Shown piece after piece: positions 40,201-48,719 of a stretch of 64,000 bases of DNA (its first letter is position 1; each line of letters opens with the position of its first letter). A model generated the notes under the pieces. That model did not search any database, was not told where the DNA came from, and worked only from the letters and a program-made list of their open reading frames with translations. The DNA is taken from the NCBI GenBank assembly GCA_002633005.1, contig NMRA01000271.1, positions 265,588-329,587 on the forward strand. The letters run 5' to 3'. This DNA comes from Phoronis australis (Eukaryota > Animalia > Phoronida). The translations under genes and the position numbers were made by a program.

Positions 40201-43200
40201 TTGTTAATTTAGCTGCTTTCTCAATAATAACTGGCTATTTAACCCTTATCCTGCTGAGCCTCTATTCAGGCTACTTTCCCTGTGTGCTGAGCTAAGTAGG
40301 TCACCAATACTGCTGTACACTAAGCTGTTGTGGAGGTCACCCAGACTAATGACCTAATGATTTTAAATTGGAAATTTGAAGGGGAAATGTTAATTTCACA
40401 GAAAAGTAGCCAACATTAAAGTTGTCCAGAATTTAATGGAGATTTTCACCATATGTAAATCTTCATCATAGCCTTAGTGAAAGTTAAATGATCCACTGTA
40501 ATCCTCTCAGGTCTGGCTCCAGCTGTACAGTGAAACTATGTGTCTACACTTACGTAAACCTGCCAATATCTCCCAAACTAGTAATCACAGCCATATGGTA
40601 TAAATCAGAGAAATGTAGAAGAAACTGTGAACTATGGAATGCCCACGCTCACATACCTTAACAACATTCCAGGGCTCTTACAACTTCTGAACGAAAATCC
40701 CAAGTGTCCTGGGGTGAGTGTACTTTCCCAGCGAAGCTCAGCTTTAGCTTATTATAGTCGATTGAGTACACCCAACCAATTGTAATATGATAATTGGCAT
40801 ATCGGATGACCTCGCCTAGCGCAGGATAAGTGTTATCAAGCACGAGGGATGTTTGTTTACATGAGAAGAGTAGTTTGCGCATTGCTCTTCAATATCATAC
40901 CATCAAGACAGTCACATGGGTACCTCACAGGTAAGAACGTTCAACTTACACATTCACCCAGTGAATGAAAACTGGCAGCTTAGGTCAAAAATGCAGGTGG
41001 TTCTGATCTCTATTTTTATTTGAAAATCATGTTGACAGCGTTTTCTTTTTATTACTCCCATTTTCAAAATGATCATCCATCTGAGATGGGCAAAAGTTAT
41101 GCGGGATTTTTTTACTCGTTGTTTGGAAAATCATGTTGTTTTGAACCTTGCTCACCATTAAAAAATTGCATCAGACCCTTGCTAAAATTGATGCTGGTAA
41201 GCGTTTATTTTCAGTAGGAAGATCCCCTCTTAAGACAATAAAACATTTTAACTATTACGCCAAGTGGCACACCAGCAGACCAACACTTACACCAACTTTT
41301 AGACCCCGCCTTCCTCCAGTCCCCGTCTTCGTCCTCTTCTTCATGTTTCCTCGCTTCTCGCCAGTTATCGCTACTCATTGAACGTGAAAAATCTTTACGC
41401 GGCGACGGAGGCTCGTCGAACGCTCTCCCTGAGTAACGGTCCCTCTCAAACCACTTTGGCTCTCGACTGAAAGATAAGTACCTGTATAGTGGTGCCGGAG
41501 CAACACATCCTTATCATTCACATTTTAATCAATACTTCGTAACCATTCTGAAATGATGATGCTTCTCTGGGTTTAATTTCAACTACAGCATCGTAACAAA
41601 GAAAAAAGATCCCTGTAAGATTCGTGCAGCTCAAACGAGTAGTATGACTCACACACAACTTTCAGCACTATGACAATGCCCATCCAATAATACTTTTGAC
41701 ATAACATTTATGAGAAAATAATCGAGAAGTATATGAAAAAGAAAACTTAATGAGCACTCTGAATGAAAACCACAGCAGCTTACACAACTACGAACGTGCC
41801 GGACGGCAAAGACTTACCCATCTTCCCAACTCTCACTTCTGTTGTGCATTCGCGGTCGACTGAATCCACTGCTGTCCTCGTCATATGGTCCCCTGCTGTA
41901 AAAGCCATCCCGGCCCCGCCCGCGGCCCCTTCCTCTGTCGGGCCCGCCCCCTCTGCCGCCACGAGGTGCGGGCCCCCCTCGTCCCATCACACGTAATACT
42001 GCTGTACTATTTACAGATTGTGATAGGAGTCTCTGTAAACAGACAAAATAACAACAACAATTAGAGCATACCAAGATATGTTAAATGGCCATTATCGACG
42101 AGAACTTTTTTTCTGAGATCAGTCTCAGCACACAATCGAACCTTCAACCCATGCGATTATAAGCTCTGCTGACACAGATAAATCTCACTGAAAGAACAAC
42201 AGTGTATTTTAAGCTTATGTAATGGCTAAAGTCACCAGCCTCCATTTCAGCAATGTCAGATTTTATTGTTTAAAAAACTCCCAGAAGTCTATCCACTCAA
42301 AGAATAATCCCAAAGTGTTCTTTCAGTCGTAAAACCAGTAATGTCTCTTTAAAAGTATTTGTGTTAACGGAGTCCCGAAAAACACAAAGAAGCAAATTTG
42401 AATTTTACAATAAGGCTCGAACAGAATTAACTTCCAATGATCACAAATATTAAGAGGTGTTAACTCCAGTGCAAATATAAGTCGTGCACATGCCAATCTC
42501 CAAACTTACTCACTCAAGTTTGAACCAAATGACCAGTACTGAGGTAGTGACAACAGATACTAAGACAAGAGCAATGCAGAGCATTGAAATGCACAAAGAA
42601 GTGCAATGCAAACGATGTTCTTCTAGGGGTGTTTATTTGAACCATAAAAATAGCACAGAATACATTGAACCCATCCAAAACTGGAAAGGTGTCATAGTCT
42701 CTCAAAATTATTTGTCAAATTTTATGAAAATCCATCAAGGAACTCAAAAATACGAAGGCAAACACAAAAAAAACAAACTACTGTTAGGAACCACAGCAGC
42801 AAAATTTTGAAAACCTCTCACAATGGGTTTAAGATACACAGCCATAGATGTGAAAATTGTCACTAAGGGACACCACAGTAGTTGGACCCGTTTAAAAATC
42901 CTCGCCAGTCATGCTCTTGTCAATAACCCTTAGAGTGGTTTGGTCGAGAGAGGGGTTGACGCCAATAAAAACAGACTTGAAAACAGTGAAAATGGCCACT
43001 AGGTGGCGCAAAATACCTCCAACCCATCCAAAAATGGGAGGATATCATCATCTCACTAATAAATGACTATCAGCCAAATTTTCTGAAAATCCATTGAGGA
43101 CCTTTGCAGATACAAAGGTACACATTAAAAATAAAATTGCTAGTAGGGGGTACACCAGAAGTCAGATCTGTTGGAAAGATAACTCCTGCTGACCCATCCA

Positions 43201-44213
43201 TGAAAGGAACACGTGCAAAATTTCATGAACATACATCAAAGGGGTTTGGAGATAGAGCAGCAAATGCCAGATGCTGGGGGGACGGCAAATGCAAAACAAG
43301 CGATAATAAACCACCTTGAGTAAAACGCATGCAAACCACCCTTTGCACGTACCTGTTCATCCTCCGAGGGGGCTAGCAATGACATGGGTGTCTGTGCTTT
43401 CTCCACGACAATAGAGGGCGATTGCAAGAGTTCCTCGGGAACAACGGACTTGGGGTTGAACAGTGCCAAAAATTCTTCTCGTCCATAGCGGTGCTCGGCG
43501 AGCTTGAATTTGGCAAAACTTGGTGACGGAGGGGGTGACGTGACAGAGCCGCCGTCAGCAAGCGTCCTCAGCCTGTTGAGTAAGAAATGGACGTTAACCC
43601 AACGCAACCAATGCAAGCATTGCACGAATTTTCGAAACTCGATATGCAACTGAAAAAAAATCAAATAAATTATGGAATTTGATGTGAAGACAGTCACAAA
43701 ATACCTTTATCTGGAAGCATTTTACGCTCTTTCTTGAAGAAGTTTCTGACGAAACCATCATAACCAAGCATCAATGCATGAGGACACAATAATAATTGTA
43801 CACCAGGTACAACTGATGGGCAAGTAATGAACAAAAACACACAAATTCACATGACAAACTACCCAAAAATATGACAAAGATAAAAACACATTTTGAAAAA
43901 TGATTAAAGACAAAATCCTAAACTGTGACAATACAACCTTCACAAAAATGTGCATGAGAATTCAATGGAGACTTTCGGAAAGCAAAGGGGAATGACCACG
44001 TGTGACCAGCGACTCTTATCCCAACCGGCCTGTATCATGAGGTTGAATTTCTTCAGTAGGTGGCACGGGAGAACATTTCGCAATTAGACAAATTTCCGCC
44101 ACATCCTTTAGAGGTCACTGGTATTCACTTCCACGTGATCAGTTGCCACAATGCTACTTGGAAAGTCTCCGAGTTGGTTACCATTCCGGTCCGAACTTCA
44201 ATGTGTCTGCCAT
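7100..44213 (-). CDS. GIGYF2: GIGYF1/2 (GRB10-interacting GYF protein) orthologue; 27 coding exons, ~1202 aa after removing haplotype-duplicated exons
   Basis: Conserved landmarks in order: N-terminus MADTLKFGPEWLR, HRYGREEFLAL (4EHP-binding-like motif), RGG tract, PEW...GTFDASGAF, GYF domain WFYMDPQGDLQGPF...WFSAGYF...KRGCDERFQPLG, Q/E/R coiled coil, DEFTQWCE, VPTFIAFLQDVESP, C-terminus KKKKKMQRID..VLGFSV..NVGEIE. All introns are GT-AG with matching phases; exon lengths sum to 3609 nt. Confidence 0.95.
8033..8126. repeat. 47-bp perfect tandem duplication
   Basis: TTTTGCAAGACTGTGGTTTGATCATGCCTGCAAGACCACATTGTTCA x2. Confidence 0.9.
10936..11052 (-). CDS. GIGYF2: GIGYF coding exon 26 (VQDYVRSYLGETQQARDFAKEFIDKR...)
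   Basis: Conserved DY-R-YLG...FAK-F motif; 117 nt. Confidence 0.93.
12576..12622 (-). CDS. GIGYF2: GIGYF coding exon 25 (VPTFIAFLQDVESPSE)
   Basis: Conserved VPTF--FL--VESP motif; 47 nt. Confidence 0.93.
13482..13578 (-). CDS. GIGYF2: GIGYF coding exon 24 (ETVQRLFQ...DEFTQWCERAL...SVD)
   Basis: Conserved FTQWCE motif; 97 nt. Confidence 0.93.
14429..14525 (-). CDS. GIGYF2: GIGYF coding exon 23 (NAAFPTL...KTKKEE)
   Basis: Phase 2-0; 97 nt. Confidence 0.86.
14919..15055 (-). CDS. GIGYF2: GIGYF coding exon 22 (...SLGFWDEAV...)
   Basis: Conserved GFWD-AV motif; 137 nt; GTGAGT donor. Confidence 0.9.
16369..16474 (-). CDS. GIGYF2: GIGYF coding exon 21 (KSLLEIQEEQARQ)
   Basis: Conserved KSLLEIQ-E-ARQ motif; 106 nt. 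Confidence 0.92.
17141..17229 (-). CDS. GIGYF2: GIGYF coding exon 20 (QKQRLAELQRQQ...KSWAAQ)
   Basis: Phase 0-2; TAGCAG acceptor, GTAAGT donor; 89 nt. Confidence 0.86.
18319..18438 (-). CDS. GIGYF2: GIGYF coding exon 19, copy B (haplotype duplicate)
   Basis: Same peptide as 21108-21227. Confidence 0.75.
19511..19591 (-). CDS. GIGYF2: GIGYF coding exon 18, copy B (haplotype duplicate)
   Basis: Same peptide as 22280-22360. Confidence 0.75.
19836..20072. mobile_element. hAT-like MITE with CAGGGCTTGGAAT TIRs
   Basis: 13-bp TIR CAGGGCTTGGAAT / ATTCCAAGCCCTG; allelic copy at 22609-22867; inverted decayed copy at ~53986-54238. Confidence 0.65.
20252..20349. repeat. ~100-bp palindromic mini-MITE (copies at ~7501-7598 and ~23049-23143)
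   Basis: AGTCACTTGCA..TTTTAGAACC....GGTTCTCAAAAT..TAAGTGAC inverted arms shared by the copies. Confidence 0.5.
20555..20945. mobile_element. Haplotype-specific insertion beginning TGTTG (possible LTR end), truncated by gap
   Basis: The duplicate block lacks it (junction after 23349); starts with TG; TATATAA ~70 bp inside. Confidence 0.45.
21108..21227 (-). CDS. GIGYF2: GIGYF coding exon 19, copy A (LPATAQWA...LSLSQIQQLQEEKER)
   Basis: Matches the GIGYF LP-W...LSL-IQ-L-EE-ER pattern; 120 nt. Confidence 0.88.
22280..22360 (-). CDS. GIGYF2: GIGYF coding exon 18, copy A (DAQRQQEVKRQQDALRRLQQAQLAQMQ)
   Basis: Resembles the GIGYF QQEALRRLQ...LAQM segment; 81 nt. Confidence 0.87.
24370..24543 (-). 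CDS. GIGYF2: GIGYF coding exon 17 (AQEEARRREEEERKRRE...ELRRRQ)
   Basis: 174 nt open, phase 0-0; TAG/GTGAGG. Confidence 0.87.
24690..25560. repeat. C-rich degenerate minisatellite spanning an assembly gap (25071-25440)
   Basis: Recurrent TCACCTCAG..CCCC..CAGCAC units on both sides of the N run. Confidence 0.75.
25565..25750 (-). CDS. GIGYF2: GIGYF coding exon 16 (E/R/Q coiled coil)
   Basis: EREKVEAELRAQQVREEEEKQRK...; 186 nt, phase 0-0. Confidence 0.88.
26251..26768 (+). mobile_element. ~500-bp interspersed MITE family (TTAA-flanked, GGTTATG..GACC / GGTC..CATARCC ends; Kolobok-like)
   Basis: Shared core (TAAAAGTA..TTTTCTGAAAG..GGGTCACGTGACCAT..GATGAAATCTCAAAAACGCTG..GAACAGTGCA..AAGTTTCATATG..GCCAAATTTG) also at ~12800-13260, ~17700-18200, ~28290-28810, ~38780-39290, ~53300-53797 and ~61070-62540. 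Confidence 0.65.
26810..26907 (-). CDS. GIGYF2: GIGYF coding exon 15, copy B (haplotype duplicate)
   Basis: Near-identical to 28852-28949. Confidence 0.75.
27433..27803 (+). mobile_element. piggyBac-like element left end (TTAA|CCCTT...), haplotype-specific, truncated by assembly break
   Basis: TTAA at 27429-32 followed by CCC; an older copy of the same sequence lies at ~40243-40470; the site is empty in the duplicate block (29495-98). Confidence 0.7.
28852..28949 (-). CDS. GIGYF2: GIGYF coding exon 15, copy A (AWTQGGSVWDIEP...EKIRK)
   Basis: GSVWD motif; phase 1-0; 98 nt. Confidence 0.85.
29643..29788 (-). CDS. GIGYF2: GIGYF coding exon 14 (SPPTSE...RSMSQP x2)
   Basis: Phase 2-1; CAG/GTAAGC; 146 nt. 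Confidence 0.87.
30509..30667 (-). CDS. GIGYF2: GIGYF coding exon 13 (Q-rich)
   Basis: QQIQMQMIVQQLQQQEDF...KASPR; phase 2-2; 159 nt. Confidence 0.88.
31388..31500 (-). CDS. GIGYF2: GIGYF coding exon 12, copy B (4-Q allele)
   Basis: NNAGSVDSATDQLKQQLLKQQQQMIMQQQ...; 113 nt, same phases as copy A. Confidence 0.8.
32193..32257 (-). CDS. GIGYF2: GIGYF coding exon 11, copy B (haplotype duplicate)
   Basis: Same sequence as 34034-34098, inside a duplicated block that ends at an N (32683). Confidence 0.75.
33234..33349 (-). CDS. GIGYF2: GIGYF coding exon 12, copy A (5-Q allele)
   Basis: NNAGSVDAATDQLKQQLLKQQQQQMIIQQQ...; 116 nt. Confidence 0.85.
34034..34098 (-). CDS. GIGYF2: GIGYF coding exon 11, copy A (ELIKRWGRIPFMPGQSPPPLL)
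   Basis: End of GYF domain, WGR-PF; 65 nt. Confidence 0.9.
34595..34696 (-). CDS. GIGYF2: GIGYF coding exon 10 (GPFTSSEMAEWFSAGYF...FQPL)
   Basis: Core GYF signature GPF-x4-M-x2-W-x3-GYF; 102 nt. Confidence 0.97.
35671..35779 (-). CDS. GIGYF2: GIGYF coding exon 9 (start of GYF domain, KWFYMDPQGDLQ)
   Basis: GYF-domain W-Y-DPQG motif; 109 nt. Confidence 0.95.
36100..36285 (-). mobile_element. Decayed tRNA-derived SINE-like fragment
   Basis: Minus strand reads CAGTGGCTTGAGCTCC...GTGTTCAAATCCTG (A-box- and B-box-like). Confidence 0.3.
36682..37071 (-). CDS. GIGYF2: GIGYF coding exon 8 (ESRKAGK...FDHLARAAVDMVDTWTAE)
   Basis: 390 nt open, phase 0-0; CAG/GTATGT. Confidence 0.88.
37996..38106 (-). 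CDS. GIGYF2: GIGYF coding exon 7 (DLKELEDQ...KPKQK)
   Basis: Phase 0-0; TGCAG/GTGAGT; 111 nt open. Confidence 0.8.
38582..38664 (-). CDS. GIGYF2: GIGYF coding exon 6 (DVPEWSLMDPDEDVGTFDASGAFVSMK; DDX6/Me31B-binding motif)
   Basis: PEW...GTFD-SGAF is characteristic of GIGYF proteins; 83 nt. Confidence 0.93.
39523..39678 (-). CDS. GIGYF2: GIGYF coding exon 5 (RSNWRESG...HDEDQ)
   Basis: Phase 1-1; AG/GTAAGA; 156 nt. Confidence 0.88.
40101..40179. repeat. 20-bp minisatellite x4
   Basis: GAGTACTTACTATTAGTACT units. Confidence 0.9.
40243..40470 (+). mobile_element. piggyBac-like element left-end fragment
   Basis: TTAACCCTTATCCTGCTGAGCCTCTATTCAG..., homologous to 27433 onward. Confidence 0.6.
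41291..41466 (-). CDS. GIGYF2: GIGYF coding exon 4 (REPKWFE...SDNWRE...EDGDWR)
   Basis: Open in the expected phase; NWRE and DG-WR motifs; AG/GTAAGT; 176 nt. Confidence 0.9.
41818..42032 (-). CDS. GIGYF2: GIGYF coding exon 3 (SVNSTAVLR, RGG/RG repeats)
   Basis: Conserved SVNS-AVLR motif and RGRG tract; AG/GTAAGT; 215 nt. Confidence 0.93.
43353..43572 (-). CDS. GIGYF2: GIGYF coding exon 2 (LRTLADGGSVTSPPPSP...HRYGREEFLAL...SEDEQ)
   Basis: Conserved GIGYF N-terminal block; AG/GT bounded; 220 nt. Confidence 0.95.
44182..44213 (-). CDS. GIGYF2: GIGYF coding exon 1 (MADTLKFGPE/W)
   Basis: ATG at 44213; acceptor AG at 44240-41, so there is an upstream non-coding exon; donor GTAACC. Confidence 0.9.
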
Positions 44214-45280
44214 CTTTTCTTCAACAACCTTTCCTTAGTCTGAAATAAAATAACAAAATAACAACTTTAGCTATTATCCATCCTTTCAAACTTGCGGAGG
44301 AATAAAGCCAATGGGAATTTCATCCTTTAAAGCCCCATGCATCACCACCTTGTGTTTTAGTTCATTCTTTGGGTGAATCATTTTTTCAATACGGTGAATT
44401 GGTGTTTTCAGATGAAATCACGGAATAAGCAGAATTCGTTGATTACCTTCCACAGGAAAATAAACTGACAATAACTTCATTTGTTCCAGTTTGAAATGAT
44501 TTTGGTATTGTAAATGCCAAAGAAACTAGCAATTTACAGCAAAGTAAGTCATTAAAAGTTGACTAGTCAAACTAAAAGCTTCTATTTCCCATGTACATCA
44601 ATTTTCCATATAGATCCCAATGGCTAACCTGTCCTGACAAGTTGGAGTTTTTTTAGAAATTTGCGCAACTCAGGATCTTCAGAGCTTCTTAAAGATTAGA
44701 AAACAAGGCCCTCAATATTGTGGCCAAATATCGGCCCCATTAACCTTGTGAAAAATATTTAAAAATTCCACTCAAGGTTAGAATCAATTCTTCAAAATGA
44801 TATGGGATAGCGATTGACCAAGGAAGGAATTGGTGCTGAGCAATCAGTGAGGCACCTACACCTTTCCCCCAAGGTGAGCGAGCACCCCGACCAAATACTA
44901 TATACCAACCTGATAATGCTTGCTTTCTTCTAAATACAACATGACAATGTGAGACAAGACTATATACTGTCTCACAGATACGAGAACAGCTTTAATAATC
45001 TCTAAGAAAACTCTGAGTACCCACAGAATAACATACGAGTCTTTTGAAAGTGCATTGTCATTGCATGTAACAGCGTTTATGTTTGCTGGTATTTTACAGG
45101 AATTTTTAAGTCTGACAAATTATTTTGCTTCTCCGCTGGTCCTTGCCGGTCCTTTGGATCAACAAAATATAAGTGCACTTACACTGAATGACACTAATCT
45201 ATGCACAAGCCATATCAAATGTTGAAAATTGTGGGCACTTGTCTCCTCTTAAATATTTACTCCACTTTTACCCCAAAGGC

Positions 45281-45438
45281 CAGGGGTGGATCCAGGATTT
45301 TGAGTTAGGGGGTGCCAGGGCAGAGTATTAGTCAGGATTTTGCACGTCAGACATTTGCATCCCGAACGGCCAAATGGAATCTGAGAGAATTTTAGGAGGG
45401 GCCATGGCCCCCTTGGCCCCCTTCTAAATCCGCCACTG
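45281..45438. mobile_element. Short MITE with CAG(G/T)GGCGGAT-type TIRs
   Basis: CAGGGGTGGATCCAGG ... CTAAATCCGCCACTG with internal G and C runs. Confidence 0.55.
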
Positions 45439-45529
45439 CAGTTGACCGTAAATTTCGTTAACTCAAAATTCCAAGTGAAACGATCAACCCAAAATAACAA
45501 TGAGGGAGCAAAACAGCACAACACTTTAA

Positions 45530-47454
45530 AGGCGAAAGCAACCTTTTTCATGTCACTTTTAGCAAAAATAAGGTTCGTTGATTATCCCAGACACATTTTT
45601 CACTCAATTACAGCTTTTCGTAATTTTTCGTCCTCTACTCCGGAAGTGACGTTTTGGGAGGCAAGAGTTTCGAGCCTATTTCTTTTCATTATAGTCTGAC
45701 TGTGAGAGCTGTCGAGTCAGTCATTGTTCTACCTCGGTTGTGATAAGTTCGGTCGTTGTTTGCTTTTGTTTACAAGTTAGTCAACATGCCACGCTGTTGG
45801 TGCGTGCCGGGATGTACTCATTATCGTCTCACACGCACTTTGGGTACCTTGCATCGCTTTCCGAAGGATGACACTTCGCCCTACTTGGCTAGCTCGTTCA
45901 TGTGAAGAACGCAGCGCTACCTGTCCACGCAACGTACAAGGCAGTGGAGGGTTACCGAGTGTGTGACAAGCATTTTCTGCCGTCAGATTATGATAGGTAT
46001 GTACGATGAATTGATGAATGTCCCTACGAAACAACGCCTGAAGAAGGGTACCATACCGTCGCTGTTGATTCCCGGCCAGTGCCTCGTCGCAAACCCCGAG
46101 AAGTGCATTTTTGAAGCGAGAAGCCTCGCGAGCTGTGGCCACTATACACAGTGACTGGAGGCACTTCATCTACTGTAACCCGTGCCTCCGAACATACGCC
46201 ATTGCGTGCAATTCCAGGAACTAGCAGTGATTCGCCCTGTGCTGTTGTCTCTAGCCCAGAACCTGTAAGCAGCCCTTCAGCGATGTTGAGTAGTGGGAGT
46301 GAATACAGGCCCAGTTCGACACCCAGTGAAGAGGACAGTTCGTCACCCAATGAACAGATCGGTGAGCCTAAGTTTGATAAGTTTATTGTGGACTTGTANT
46401 TGCTTTTGTTTACAAGTCAGTCAACATGCCATGCTGTTGCTGCATGCCGGGATGTACTCATTATCGTCTCACACGCACTTTGGGTACCTTGCATCGCTTT
46501 CCGAAGGATGACACACTTCGCCCTACTTGGCTAGCTCGTTCATGTGAAGAACGCAGCGCTACCCGTCCACGCAACGTACAAGGCAGTGGAGGGTTACCGA
46601 GTGTGTGACAAGCATTTTCTGCCGTCAGATTATGATAGGTATGTACGCTGAATTGATGAATGTCCCTACGAAACAACACCTGAAGAAGGGTACCATACCG
46701 TCGCTGTTGATTCCCGGCCAGTGCCTCGTCGCAAACCCCGAGAAGTGCATTTTTGAAGCGAGAAGGCACTTCATCTACTGTCACCCGTGCCTCCGAACGT
46801 ACGCCATTGCGTGCAATTCCAGGAACTAGCAGTGATTCGCCCTGTGCTGTTGTCTCTAGCCCAGAGCCTGTAAGCAGCCCTTCAGTGATGTTGAGTAGTG
46901 GGAGTGAATACAGGCCCAGTTCGACACCCAGTGAAGAGGACAGTTCGTCATACAATGAACAGATCGGTGAGCCTAAGTTTGATAAGTTTATTGTGGACTT
47001 GTATTAGAGCTATTTGAAAGGGGCCAGGTGTGTGGCATGGGAGTCACATGGCGGGATGTAAGCAGTTTGGGTGCTCAGATCACCCTTCACTGGGAGTGTG
47101 TCACGGGACACTCGGGCAAGTGGAACAGTTCTTCCTCTGTACGCGAGACGATAATGAGTACACCCCAGTACGCAGCAACAGCATGGCATTTTGACTGACT
47201 CGTAAGCAAAAGCAAACGACGACTGAACTTATCACAACTGAGGTAGAACAATAACTGACTCGACTGCTCTCACAGTCAGACTACATGAAAAGAAATTGGC
47301 GCGAAATTCTTGCCTCCCAAAACGTGACTTCCGGAGTAGACGACGAGAAATTAATTAAATTACGAAAAGCAGTAGATAAGTGAAAAATATGTCTGGGATA
47401 ATCAACGAACCTTATTTTTGCTAAAAATGACACGAAGAAAGGTTGCCTTCGCCT
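45530..47454 (+). mobile_element. Kolobok-type DNA transposon relic with decayed THAP-domain ORF
   Basis: TTAA on both sides (45526-29, 47455-58); AGG...CCT termini; ~300-bp imperfect TIRs. Internal frameshifted THAP motifs MPCCCCMPGC...LHRFPKD...W...RVCDKHF...RLKKGTIPSL, followed by LELF..VCG...WECVTGHSGKWNSS. Confidence 0.8.
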
Positions 47455-47571
47455 TTAATGTGTCCCACCTGACACAGATCATACGTCATCGCTTCAATTT
47501 TCGTCTAAGAAAGTCAATTAAGGGACAGTCGATTTTGGTCAAAGACCAGACTTTAAAAGCTATTGGTCCTC

Positions 47572-48166
47572 TAGACAGTGATCACCGTCCTACTGGCACG
47601 TAGGACGGTGGAGCTCCTATAAGCGCTTCATACGCCGTAAGTTTTTCAGCAAACTATGCCTCGCACTGACTAAAACATCAAAGTCACATTGTCATAAATA
47701 CAAATGGACACCTTAGGAGGCTGTTGATGTATGTAATTCCTTCCAACTTGAATAAATACTCCCGTTATCAAACTTTTTCTTCGAGTAGTCCCTCGTTCTG
47801 TTCCCAAAATCGGTAACTCACCATTTTTAACACTGTGTACGCCAGGTCGTATGACGTCATATTCCCTGTCACGCACAGTGTTAAAAATGGTGAGTTACAG
47901 ATTTTGGGAATTGAACGAGGGACTGCTCAAAGAAAAAGTTTGATATCTGTAGTATTTGTTCGAGTTGAAAGGAATTAAATACATCGATGGCCTCCTAAGG
48001 TGTCCCTCTATGCGCAAAAGGTATTCATAATTGATTTATAACAATGTAGCATTGATGTTTCAGTTAGTGCGAGGCACATTTCACCGAAAATCATTCGGTG
48101 TATGAAGCCCTATATGAGCTTCACAGTCTCTACTGCGGAGCCAGTAGAGACTGTTGTCACTATCTA
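47572..48166. mobile_element. ~600-bp foldback (palindromic) element with hairpin-bearing termini
   Basis: Arms match over their whole length around the central ATGACGTCAT (47851-60); ends TAGACAGTGA / TCACTATCTA. Confidence 0.75.
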
Positions 48167-48719
48167 TTGATCTTCCAGATCGTGGTTTAGAAAACCCAGT
48201 GGAACCACTGACGGAATGCATCACGCTTGAATTTTAGCCCATAAGTACCAGATAGCATTGATAGGCACACCAAAAATGCAAGCTGAATCAACACCATTCA
48301 AAATTTGGAAATATAAATAAAACAGAATAAAATGCCATACATCAACGGTAGCCTACTGACTGTTTACAAGCGACCATAGGCATAGAGGGATTCCAACTCT
48401 GAAGCACATTTGGAAGGCAATTACATGTCAAATTTTGAAACAATGCCCTTCCTGCTCATATGATCTCAGATTATTAGTTGGGCTTCAGCAGCTGCGAAGA
48501 CGGCGGTAAGAAAAGACTTTGAGTAGGTGGAGAGCAACGTGAACGACTCGCCGAGTCAGAGTGGCGAATCGGAATCGCGAGTATAGCAGGAACGTCAAAA
48601 GAACGCTACGAACGACAGAAATATCAGGAATCACATTTTGCTGAATAAAGGACTGGACACACAACTGTCACACTAACACCCGTGGAATTTGAAGTGGGCA
48701 CGCATGTTGGAAAACATAC

